A program made the position numbers and the translations under genes. Shown one piece after another: positions 18,953-28,151 of a stretch of 64,000 nt of DNA. Each line of letters begins with the position of its first letter. The first letter of the stretch is position 1. The DNA lies in contig NZ_JAIPUS010000011.1 of the NCBI RefSeq assembly GCF_020055675.1, positions 774 to 64,773 of the forward strand, in the 5' to 3' direction. The notes under the pieces are model-generated. The model was not told the DNA's origin and ran no database searches. It worked only from the letters and a program-made list of their open reading frames with translations. The stretch comes from Marivita sp. (lineage in GTDB: Bacteria; Pseudomonadota; Alphaproteobacteria; Rhodobacterales; Rhodobacteraceae).

Positions 18953-20347
18953 ATGCCAAACGCATTGGCAACACTGGCACTGGCCCTCTGGCCAATCGTC
19001 ACGGTGGCTTTCTTTCAGAAACTGCCGCCGGGCCGCGCCGTGATTGCGACATTGTTGATTGGCTACCTGTTCTTGCCGGAACCGCCTGCCGGATTCGATT
19101 TTCCATTGATTCCACCCCTGACCAAACACACCATCCCGGCGTTGAGCGCATTGGCCATGTGGGCGGTCCTGTATTCGCGAAACTTCAATCTCTTGCCGAA
19201 ATCACCGGTCACGAATTTTCTCTTCGCGCTGTTCATATTCTCGCCTATCGTCACGGCGATTTTGAACCCCTATCCGGTCTTGTGGGGCGAATTCGTGATC
19301 CCGGCAATGTCCTTCAAGGACGGCATCGGGCTTGTCATTCAGCAGGCCTTGCTGATCATCCCGTTCCTTCTGGCACGCCGGTTCCTTTACCGGGCAGAGG
19401 ACCAGCGCGATCTGCTTTTTGCCTTCGTGATCGGCGGCGTGGTTTATTCGGCCCCGATGATTGTCGAGGTTGTGCTGTCCCCACAATTGAACAGGTGGAT
19501 CTACGGCTATTTCCAGCATGAGTTCGCCCAAACGATCCGCTTTGGCGGATATCGTCCGATGGTGTTCCTCTATCATGGGATCTGGGTGGCGTTTTTCATG
19601 TTGCTGGCCATCCTTTCGGCTTTCGCCCTTTGGAAAACGCGGCAGCTCGAAACGAACTGGCACCTTCTGTTGGTCGCGCTCTACCTGACCGGCATCCTCG
19701 TGCTCGCCAAATCTCTGGGGGCCTGGTTGTACGCCGGGGTTTTGATCCCGATGGTGGCACTGGCCGGGCAGCGATGGCAGATGCGGCTGGCCGTTGTCAT
19801 CGCCGCCTTCACGATCGCCTACCCGGCGCTCAAGGGTGTGGACCTGATCCCACAGGGCAAGATCCTCTGGGCCGCAGAAAGCATAGATTCCGAACGCGCG
19901 GCATCACTGGCCTTTCGCTTCAACAACGAAAACCGGCTTCTGGAGCGTGCAAAGCAAAAACCATTGTTCGGCTGGGGCAGCTTCAACCGTAACCAGATCA
20001 TCGACACGGCCACCGGCGAGGCCGAAACGGTAACCGACGGACGCTGGGTCATCCTGATCGGGCAATTCGGCTGGCTGGGCTTTCTTGCAGAATTTTCGCT
20101 GATCGTGCTTCCGGTCTTTTTCCTGTGGCGTGAAATCCGGCACCGGGATCCGAAAGACTATTCTCCCTTCATCGTACCGCTGTCCTTGATGCTCGCGGTG
20201 AACGCATTTGACATGCTGCCCAACGCGACACTGACACCCCTGACTTGGTTGATGGCGGGGGCGCTGACCGGCTATGCCGAAACCCTGCGCCACGGTCGCA
20301 ACGCATATCTGTCCGCGGATCGGCTGCAATGGCGGCCTGTCCTGTAA
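18953..20347 (+). CDS. O-antigen ligase/Wzy-like polytopic membrane protein
   Basis: About 11-12 hydrophobic segments; RFGGYRPMVF..HG, SL.FRFNNE..LLERAKQKPLFGWG, TDG.W. Confidence 0.7.
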   Translation: MPNALATLALALWPIVTVAFFQKLPPGRAVIATLLIGYLFLPEPPAGFDFPLIPPLTKHTIPALSALAMWAVLYSRNFNLLPKSPVTNFLFALFIFSPIVTAILNPYPVLWGEFVIPAMSFKDGIGLVIQQALLIIPFLLARRFLYRAEDQRDLLFAFVIGGVVYSAPMIVEVVLSPQLNRWIYGYFQHEFAQTIRFGGYRPMVFLYHGIWVAFFMLLAILSAFALWKTRQLETNWHLLLVALYLTGILVLAKSLGAWLYAGVLIPMVALAGQRWQMRLAVVIAAFTIAYPALKGVDLIPQGKILWAAESIDSERAASLAFRFNNENRLLERAKQKPLFGWGSFNRNQIIDTATGEAETVTDGRWVILIGQFGWLGFLAEFSLIVLPVFFLWREIRHRDPKDYSPFIVPLSLMLAVNAFDMLPNATLTPLTWLMAGALTGYAETLRHGRNAYLSADRLQWRPVL

Positions 20348-20362
20348 CACGTGAGGTACGGA

Positions 20363-21649
20363 ATGACTGACCCCTCGAGCATCCGACCCCGCGTGCTCGC
20401 CATAGCCGAGGCCGCGAACCCAGAATGGGTGAGCGTGCCGCTTGTTGGCTGGTCCTTGGCGCAGGCGCTGCGCGAGGTCGCGGATGTGCACCTCGTTACG
20501 CAGATCCGGAATCGCGACGCGATCCTGCGGGCCGGGCTGGTCGAGGGTCGCGATTTCACAGCCATAGATTCCGAAGCAGTCGCCCGCCCTCTTTGGACCT
20601 TGGCCGAGAAATTGCGGATGGGCGAAGGAAAGGGCTGGACCACGCTTCAGGCATTCAATGCCCTGATCTACCCATGGTTCGAGCATCTGATCTGGAAGGA
20701 ATTCGGAAACGCGATCAAGGCCGGAGAGTTCGATCTGGTCCACCGGATCACGCCGCTCAGCCCGACCATCACATCTCCGATCGCGAAGAAGGTCGTCAAG
20801 GCCGGTGTGCCCTTCGTGCTGGGCCCCCTGAATGGAGGCGTGCCATGGCCAAGCCAATTCGACGCAGAGCGGCGTGCCGAGAAGGAATGGCTGAGCTATC
20901 TCCGAAGTGCGTACAAACATCTTCCGGGGCGGGCCAGCACGCTCAAACATGCCGCCACCATCATCGTCGGATCGCGCCACACCCAGAGCGAGGTTCCCGC
21001 CAAGCACCAGGGCAAAACCGTTTATATGCCAGAAAACGGCATTGATCCGGCGCGATTCAACCTGGCGTCAGAGCCTGACGGCGGAGTCCTTCGGGCGACC
21101 TTCGTCGGGCGACTGGTGCCCTACAAAGGCGCGGACATGCTGATCGAAGCGGCCGCGGATTTGATCGGATCGGGACGCATGACGCTTGATATCATCGGCG
21201 ACGGCCCGATGCTGGACCAGTTGACCGAACAAGCAAACTCACTGGGATGCGAAAAAGGGTTAACCTTTCACAAATGGATCCCGCATGAACAGGTCCAGTC
21301 AATTCTGAGCCGGTCGCATGTCCTGAGTTTCCCGTCGATCCGCGAATTCGGTGGCGGCGTGGTGCTCGAAGCCATGGCGTTGGGTGTGGTCCCGGTGGTC
21401 GTCGACTACGCTGGACCCGGGGAGCTTGTGACCCGGGAGACCGGCTTCAAGGTTCCCTGCGGCAGCCGCGACGAGATCATCGAGGGCTTCCGCTCCACCC
21501 TGTCGGACGTCGCGGAAAATCCAGCGCGTCTGGGTCCGGTGGCGGAAAACGCGAAACGCCTTGTGCAGTCGCAGTTCCTGTGGTCGCGCAAAGCCGAACA
21601 AGTCCGGCGCGTCTATGACCGGGCCTTGGCGAAGGACAGGCCGGATTAG
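20363..21649 (+). CDS. Glycosyltransferase family 4
   Basis: FVGRLVPYKG, IIGDGP, FPSIREFGGGVVLEAMALG (EX7E). Confidence 0.88.
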   Translation: MTDPSSIRPRVLAIAEAANPEWVSVPLVGWSLAQALREVADVHLVTQIRNRDAILRAGLVEGRDFTAIDSEAVARPLWTLAEKLRMGEGKGWTTLQAFNALIYPWFEHLIWKEFGNAIKAGEFDLVHRITPLSPTITSPIAKKVVKAGVPFVLGPLNGGVPWPSQFDAERRAEKEWLSYLRSAYKHLPGRASTLKHAATIIVGSRHTQSEVPAKHQGKTVYMPENGIDPARFNLASEPDGGVLRATFVGRLVPYKGADMLIEAAADLIGSGRMTLDIIGDGPMLDQLTEQANSLGCEKGLTFHKWIPHEQVQSILSRSHVLSFPSIREFGGGVVLEAMALGVVPVVVDYAGPGELVTRETGFKVPCGSRDEIIEGFRSTLSDVAENPARLGPVAENAKRLVQSQFLWSRKAEQVRRVYDRALAKDRPD

Positions 21650-21880
21650 GGCTTGCACCCTAACCCGACCTTTTTGTGGCGCGCAGGCGTCACCCGGCAT
21701 AAAACCCCGTTTGACATATTGTTTCTGCATTGATCGTTGCCAGGGCTGCACCCCGGCTGTTATGCGTCATCCATGGCGTGGGGGCGCTTAAGATAGAATT
21801 GTGTCGCTTTGCCTGCCCGATCGCAATTAAAAGTTTGGAACCTGTTCCGGATCAGAGACACGGACTCTGCACGCTCTGAA

Positions 21881-23833
21881 ATGCGGCAGTTCCTGTTCGC
21901 GATGGCGTGCCTCGCATTCCTGTTGTCGGCCCTCGGGTTTGGGAGCATCAGCGCGAACATCTTTGCTGCCGACATCGTACTCGTATTCTGCGGCGCATGG
22001 TGCGCCAATCAACTGATCCGTGGGCCGCAGATATTCAAAGCCCAGGCGATCTGTGTCCTGCAAGCCTATTTCATCGGCGTCTTTTGCATTTCGACCCTGC
22101 TCTACGTTGCGGGGTGGTTCTTGTTCCTGCCCGTCGAGTATCAGAACCTCGGTCACGCGCTCTTGCTGGCGGCCACGTTTTCAACCAACCTCGGATTGGT
22201 GTTTTTCCCGGTCGACAGCGGATTGCGCTTTGACGGGTTGTTCCATCACCTCTGGCTGCCTGCCTTGATCGCGCAATGCTGCGCCATTCTGTCGTTTATC
22301 TTCTGGCGCCTTTACCGCAACCAGATCCGGCTTCTGGTCGTTCTGGGGGTGATCGCCTGCCTGTCGCTGGTGTTGTCGCTGATTGAAACGCAGATGGTGA
22401 AGATGCTGCCAATCGGCGGCCTGTGGGCCTTCCTGTTCGGGGCGGTACCGTTCATTGCCACGCACCGGTTCCAGGTCCTGAAATACGCGTCGATGATCGG
22501 GGCTATCAACCTCATTGCCGGGATCATGGCGATCACCGCGACGGGCGATACGATCTTTGCGCGCGCCCTTGTCGCGCTCGGTCTGTCTTTCCTCTATGTC
22601 GGCAGTCGCCCTCGAGAGATGGACACCGACGCCACGATGCAACGCCGCCGCTGGTTCGGGATGATGTTGCACACGTTTCTCTGGGCGGTGCCGCTGGCAC
22701 AGTTGAATGCCGGGCTCCACATCCTGACGCCGGGCCAGGCCGATGTGCTGCTGCTGATATTCCCTTGCCTCGTCTTTGCGATCTTTTCGTGGACCATCTG
22801 GCAACATGTCGAGCAAAAGGCAGGGCGGAACCGTTTCTTCATCAGCGCGTCTGTATCGATTGTTCTCGTCATCAACGGGCTGATCGGCGCAGCGACGCAG
22901 GGAGCCGCGTTCCGGTTTCCCGAGGTGTCACAAGCCTACCTGACGGCGCTGGATGCACCGGAACCGGCGTTCACCTGCCCGCTTGAAACCGAGGGGCCGC
23001 TTGACGGGCTGGCAGTGTGCCACCTTGGCCCCAAGGGCGCGCCAGAGGCTCTGATATGGGGCGATCACCAACTGGACGCCTTGCGCGCCGGCTATTCCGA
23101 GGCAGCCCGCCGCACTGATATCCCGACGCTCCTGATCGGGCGAACGGATTGTATACCGCTCGACCGCTTGCAAACGCGGTTCCCGGCGAGCGCCGAACAG
23201 TCGGGACGGCAATGCGACCGGCAATCCGCACAGATCCTCCAGGCGCTGCCACACCTGCCCGGCATAAGGCAGGTCACTCTCGTGGGCGATTGGCTCCATT
23301 ACACGAATACCCGCTCCACCGAACTGTCGCCGCGCGTGCCGATCCGGATTGGGCCCAGTGATGGAACGCCGATCAATCTGGACCATCAAACCGCCTATAT
23401 CGCCACCGCGGCCGAACACACCACCCGAATGCTGACAGAGCAGGGCATTCGTGTCTCAGTGCTGCGCCAGGTCCCGTCACAGCCCCGGTTCGACGCGGAG
23501 CTGGCCGCCCGCGCTGACGTTCCCGGGGCGCAGTTCTACGTCAACCTGCCTCGAATTTCCCTTGGCACTGACAAACAGGCAGCCGCGGCGCGCCACGCCG
23601 AAATTGACGGTCTGTTCAATGATCTGGCGGTGAAAGGGCTTCTCAGCTATGTGAATTCATGGCCCGCATTCTGCAGCGATCTGCGCTGTGACGTGCGCGG
23701 CGGGTTGTCCAGCGACTATCTCACCTCAACGCGTCTGACTCCCAGCGGTGCACTGTCGCTCAGCGATATCCTTGCCGAAGACCTGAAGCGGGTGAAAACG
23801 CACACACCGATCCGGCGCGGGATGGGAAGCTGA
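21881..23833 (+). CDS. Acyltransferase-3/SGNH fusion-like protein with degenerate catalytic motifs
   Basis: About 10 TM N-terminal domain with remote AT3 similarity; periplasmic domain with LIWGD, Cys pairs and VTLVGDW; Ser and DxxH not found; start estimated. Confidence 0.62.
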   Translation: MRQFLFAMACLAFLLSALGFGSISANIFAADIVLVFCGAWCANQLIRGPQIFKAQAICVLQAYFIGVFCISTLLYVAGWFLFLPVEYQNLGHALLLAATFSTNLGLVFFPVDSGLRFDGLFHHLWLPALIAQCCAILSFIFWRLYRNQIRLLVVLGVIACLSLVLSLIETQMVKMLPIGGLWAFLFGAVPFIATHRFQVLKYASMIGAINLIAGIMAITATGDTIFARALVALGLSFLYVGSRPREMDTDATMQRRRWFGMMLHTFLWAVPLAQLNAGLHILTPGQADVLLLIFPCLVFAIFSWTIWQHVEQKAGRNRFFISASVSIVLVINGLIGAATQGAAFRFPEVSQAYLTALDAPEPAFTCPLETEGPLDGLAVCHLGPKGAPEALIWGDHQLDALRAGYSEAARRTDIPTLLIGRTDCIPLDRLQTRFPASAEQSGRQCDRQSAQILQALPHLPGIRQVTLVGDWLHYTNTRSTELSPRVPIRIGPSDGTPINLDHQTAYIATAAEHTTRMLTEQGIRVSVLRQVPSQPRFDAELAARADVPGAQFYVNLPRISLGTDKQAAAARHAEIDGLFNDLAVKGLLSYVNSWPAFCSDLRCDVRGGLSSDYLTSTRLTPSGALSLSDILAEDLKRVKTHTPIRRGMGS

Positions 23834-24835
23834 TCAAGCGGCCTGTGTGGCCATCAACTCCTTCCAGCGGTGGCAGGACACGGCATGTCCCGCGCCGTCG
23901 ATTTCCAATTGCGGCTCGACCTGTTTGCAATGGTCGATCGCATGCGGACAGCGCGTGTGGAATTTGCAGCCCGAGGGCTGGTTCGTGGGTGACGGGATTT
24001 CGCCTGTCAGCTTTTGCACCGCACCCCGATCATCGGGATCAAGCGACGGGATCGCCGAAAACAAGGCCCTCGTGTAGGGATGACGCGCTGCTTCGAAAAG
24101 CTTGCGCGTGGGCGCGGTTTCGACCAGCCGGCCCAGATACATGACCGCGACATGATCACAGGTATGGGCAACCACCGACAGATCATGACTGATGAACATG
24201 AATGTAACGCCCATGTCGGACTGGATCTGCTTCAAAAGATTCAGAACATCCGCCTGGATCGACACATCGAGCGCGGCGACGCTTTCATCGGCAACGATGA
24301 AGTTCGGAGCCGAGACAAGCGCGCGCGCGATCGAGATCCGCTGACGCTGGCCGCCAGAAAATGCATGCGGGAAACGACGCAGATGCTCTAGGTTGAGCCG
24401 GCATTTCGCCGCGATCTCGCGCACGCGCTTGTCGGTTTCCTGACGCGTTTTGGTCAGGCCCATCACTTCCAGCGGTTCGGCGATAATGTCGCGCACCGTC
24501 ATGCGCGGGCTCAAGGCCGCGTATGGATCCTGAAAGATCAGCTGCGCCCGTTTGCGATAATCCTTGAGCTGGTTCTTGGTGATGTTTTCGAGGTCGTATT
24601 CCACCTCTCCATCGCTGTAATGCGCGCCGCCCCCTGTGATCGGAACTGCCTTGAGAAGCGCGCGCCCCAGCGTTGTCTTGCCCGACCCGCTTTCCCCGAC
24701 AAGTCCAAAGACAGATCCCTTTTCGATGTCCAGCGACACGTCATCGACTGCCTTGAGGATCTGCTTGCTGAACAGGCCGGAGCCTATGGGAAACCCGACG
24801 GACAGGCTCTTCGCTCGGATCAGTATGTCGCTCAC
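23834..24835 (-). CDS. Oligopeptide-type ABC ATP-binding protein (OppF-like)
   Basis: GESGSGKT, FSGGQRQRI, DESVAALD, C-terminal CKFHTRC. Confidence 0.9.
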   Translation of the reverse strand: MSDILIRAKSLSVGFPIGSGLFSKQILKAVDDVSLDIEKGSVFGLVGESGSGKTTLGRALLKAVPITGGGAHYSDGEVEYDLENITKNQLKDYRKRAQLIFQDPYAALSPRMTVRDIIAEPLEVMGLTKTRQETDKRVREIAAKCRLNLEHLRRFPHAFSGGQRQRISIARALVSAPNFIVADESVAALDVSIQADVLNLLKQIQSDMGVTFMFISHDLSVVAHTCDHVAVMYLGRLVETAPTRKLFEAARHPYTRALFSAIPSLDPDDRGAVQKLTGEIPSPTNQPSGCKFHTRCPHAIDHCKQVEPQLEIDGAGHAVSCHRWKELMATQAA

Positions 24836-25827
24836 GCCATCTCCTCCGTGTAGATATGACATGCAACACGATGCGACCCGTCAAGATCGCGGTCTTTCGG
24901 GTCGACTTGCTTGCAGACATCGCCAACCACCTGGCGACAGCGGGTGTGAAACACACATCCTGATGGCCGTTCCAACGGAGACGGAATATCACCGGGCACA
25001 GGGGTCAGCGGCGCATCAATATCATCCAGTTTCGGCAGCGCGGCGATGAGTCCTTGTGTGTATGGATGCTTGGGCTGGCGGATCACATCACGCACCGGAC
25101 CGGTTTCGATCATGCGTCCCAGATACATCACATTCACCTTGTCGGCAGTCTGGGCCACGACACCCAGGTCGTGCGTGATAAAGACGATCCCCATCTGGAA
25201 TTCCGATACGAGATCTTTCATCAGGTCGATCACCTGCGCCTGGATCGTCACGTCCAGAGCGGTGGTCGGCTCATCCGCGATCAGAAGCTTGGGCTGTGTC
25301 GAAAGTGCCATGGCGATCATCGCGCGCTGCCGCATCCCGCCGGACAACTCGAACGCATATTGATTGAACCGCTTGCCAGCGTCCGAAATCCCGACACGGT
25401 CGAGCATCTCGATGGACCAGCGTTTTGCCTGTTCCTTGGTGTAGTCGCCATGCAGTTGCAGCTGTTCGACCATCTGGTTGCCGATGCTGATCGCGGGGGC
25501 GAAACTGGCCATCGGTTCCTGGAAAATCATCGAAACGGCGCCTCCGCGCACGATGTTCAACTCCTTCGGCGTCTTCAGCGACAAGACATCGACCGGGCCG
25601 GTCTCGGTGTGCAGAGTGATCTTGCTTTCAGGGCTGTAGACCGCGTTCCTGGCATTGAGATGCATCAGCGCCTTGGCGGTGACGGACTTGCCAGAGCCGC
25701 TTTCGCCGACCAGCCCCATGACCTCGCTCTTGTCGAGCGAGAAGCTCACATTGTCGACAGCCGTGATCAATCCCTCGTCGGTACGGAATTGCAGCGTCAG
25801 GTTTTCAACATCAAGCAAAGCCGTCAT
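24832..25827 (-). CDS. Oligopeptide-type ABC ATP-binding protein (OppD-like)
   Basis: GESGSGKS, LSGGMRQR, DEPTTALD, CVFHTRC. Confidence 0.9.
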   Translation of the reverse strand: MTALLDVENLTLQFRTDEGLITAVDNVSFSLDKSEVMGLVGESGSGKSVTAKALMHLNARNAVYSPESKITLHTETGPVDVLSLKTPKELNIVRGGAVSMIFQEPMASFAPAISIGNQMVEQLQLHGDYTKEQAKRWSIEMLDRVGISDAGKRFNQYAFELSGGMRQRAMIAMALSTQPKLLIADEPTTALDVTIQAQVIDLMKDLVSEFQMGIVFITHDLGVVAQTADKVNVMYLGRMIETGPVRDVIRQPKHPYTQGLIAALPKLDDIDAPLTPVPGDIPSPLERPSGCVFHTRCRQVVGDVCKQVDPKDRDLDGSHRVACHIYTEEMA

Positions 25828-27023
25828 TTGTTGTTATCCGAATAGGGGTCGGCTGCGTCGCGCAGACCGTCGCCGACAAACACGAACGCCATCACCAGTG
25901 CGATGAAAAAGATCACGGGGATGAAGTACCATTGATAGTTGAGCAGCACATCCGCGCTGGTCACGTTCTGGAGCATGACCCCGAGACTGTTGACCGGATC
26001 CTTGAGGCCCAGCCCGATAAAGGACAGCGCGGTTTCCGACAGCACCATGTACGGAAACGAGATCACCAGATCCACGATAATGTAGCTGGTAAAACTGGGC
26101 AGCAAATGCCGCCGGATCACATGGCCCGAGGACGCGCCACACAACTGCGCCGCCAGCACGTATTCCTGATTGCGCTCGGTCAGAAGATGCGTCCGCACCC
26201 GCCGCGCCAAGGTGGGCCAGCCGATCAGCCCGAGGATCAGGGATATGTAGAAGAACCGTTCCTCTGCCGAAAGCTCTGGCGGCATGAAGGCAGCCACAGC
26301 CATGAACAGCGGGATCGCGGGCACCGTTCGGACGGCATCTGTGATCATCTGCAACACGGAATCGATCCAGCCGCCATAGTATCCCGACACACCCCCGATC
26401 ACGAGCGCCAGGACAAAGGCGATAAAGACGCCGATGGTGCCCACCTGAAGCGAGGTCCAGATCGCGTGGAAGGTGCGCGAGAAGATGTCCTTGCCGCTCG
26501 CATCCGTGCCGAAGACATGCACAAAACCCTCTTGGGTGCCAAACAGATGCGTGTCCATCGGGATGAAGCCGAACAGCTTGTACTCCCAGCCCTCGACGAA
26601 GAAATAGACGTAGTTCCGCTCGTCCTCGTTCACCGTCGTCACCCAGCGGAAATTCGTTTCCAGGGACCGTTCCCGCTCCACGGCGTGCACGAAGGGGCGC
26701 AGGGAACAGCCAGTGTCATCACAGAACATCGGAACCTGCGGCGCGCCGTTGGTGTAATCGTCATTCTTGCCCGCTATGGTCGGATTGTACGGCGACAGGA
26801 ACGGCGCAAAGAGGCCTGTCAGGATCAAGAAGGCCAGCACGCAGGCGGCGACCATCGCCGACCGTTGTTTCTTGAACCGTGCCCAGATCAGCTGGCCCTG
26901 CGAGGCGGTGAAATACGCCTCTTTCGACCTGCGCTGCACCGCGTCTTCTGTTTCGACCACCTGCACATGGGGGCCGGTGGTCTCTGCGAGGTTCGGCTGC
27001 AGGGGATCCGGTGTCGTCGTCAT
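25824..27023 (-). CDS. ABC permease (OppC-like)
   Basis: FGTDASGKDIFSR, EYVLAAQLCGAS..HVIRRHLLP, ETALSFIGLG. Confidence 0.9.
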   Translation of the reverse strand: MTTTPDPLQPNLAETTGPHVQVVETEDAVQRRSKEAYFTASQGQLIWARFKKQRSAMVAACVLAFLILTGLFAPFLSPYNPTIAGKNDDYTNGAPQVPMFCDDTGCSLRPFVHAVERERSLETNFRWVTTVNEDERNYVYFFVEGWEYKLFGFIPMDTHLFGTQEGFVHVFGTDASGKDIFSRTFHAIWTSLQVGTIGVFIAFVLALVIGGVSGYYGGWIDSVLQMITDAVRTVPAIPLFMAVAAFMPPELSAEERFFYISLILGLIGWPTLARRVRTHLLTERNQEYVLAAQLCGASSGHVIRRHLLPSFTSYIIVDLVISFPYMVLSETALSFIGLGLKDPVNSLGVMLQNVTSADVLLNYQWYFIPVIFFIALVMAFVFVGDGLRDAADPYSDNNK

Positions 27024-27027
27024 GGCG

Positions 27028-28032
27028 TCACCTCACAATGCTTTTGCGGACGCGCGGGTCCAGAACGGCCAGCATCACATCCGTCAGAAAGTTCAGCGAC
27101 ACGATGGACGCCGTCAGAAGGAAGATGATCGCGCCGGCAAGCTGTTGGTCATTCGACCGTGCCAGCGCCTCGATCAACAGCGCCCCCGCCTCGGTCAGCG
27201 TCAGGATGAGGGCCACGATGGGCAATTCGTTGAAGATGCGATTGAGATCGAACCCGAGGCTGTTGATGATCGGCCCGAGCGCATGACGCGCCGGGTAATT
27301 CCACAAAAGCCTGCGCCCATGCACACCGCGGGCCGACGCAGCCGTGACATAAAGCTTGCCAATCTCGTCGGACATGAGGGCGCGCACCGTCTGAAGCGCA
27401 AAGGCCGTGGCCGACCAACCAAGAATGAAGATGGGAAGCCAAGCATTGCTGAGCAGGTCTTTCATCCGCCCCCAACTCCAGTCCGCATCGCGATATTCGG
27501 CGGAAAAGAGGCCGGTCAGCGTGTCCCCGAAATACACGGTCGAGAACAGCATGATCATCAGCGCCAGCAGGAAATTCGGCAGCGCCAGGCCAAGATAGCT
27601 GAACAGGCGCAACGAATTGTTCAGAACCGCGTTTTGCGAGGCCGCCGCAATGATCCCGACGGGCAGGGCGATGGCATAGGCAAGCGCCAGAGACGCCAGA
27701 CACAGGCCAAGCGAGATCCAGAACTTGTCACCCATCAATTGCGCGATATTCACCCGCAGGATGCAGCTTTCGCCGAATTCGCCCTGAAAGGCGTTGACGA
27801 TCCACTTGCTCCACCGTTCAAGAAACGGGCGGTCAAGGCCCAGTCGCACGCGTTCGGCTTCGATATCGGCCACCGAAATGCCGGAGCCTTGTGTGTTCTT
27901 GAAGGCCAGATAGCGTTCGGCACAATCGCCGGGGACAAACTCCATCAGCGAAAACACGACAAGCGAGACGATCACCAATGTGAGCATCGCGAAAACAGCG
28001 CGTGTCGCAACAAAACGAGCAAAGTTCAGCAT
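27028..28032 (-). CDS. ABC permease (OppB-like)
   Basis: LGLDRPF, ALPNFLLALM, EAA-like loop YVTAASARG. Confidence 0.88.
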   Translation of the reverse strand: MLNFARFVATRAVFAMLTLVIVSLVVFSLMEFVPGDCAERYLAFKNTQGSGISVADIEAERVRLGLDRPFLERWSKWIVNAFQGEFGESCILRVNIAQLMGDKFWISLGLCLASLALAYAIALPVGIIAAASQNAVLNNSLRLFSYLGLALPNFLLALMIMLFSTVYFGDTLTGLFSAEYRDADWSWGRMKDLLSNAWLPIFILGWSATAFALQTVRALMSDEIGKLYVTAASARGVHGRRLLWNYPARHALGPIINSLGFDLNRIFNELPIVALILTLTEAGALLIEALARSNDQQLAGAIIFLLTASIVSLNFLTDVMLAVLDPRVRKSIVR

Positions 28033-28151
28033 GAAGAACGTCCCTGCAAGATGTCCAAATCCCCGATTGTCACGGGCTGTTTTCCAGACAACACTCAGTC
28101 CCTAAACCGCTGCGGACACGCAAAGCCCGCCCGCAGCAGAGTCACACGGGC

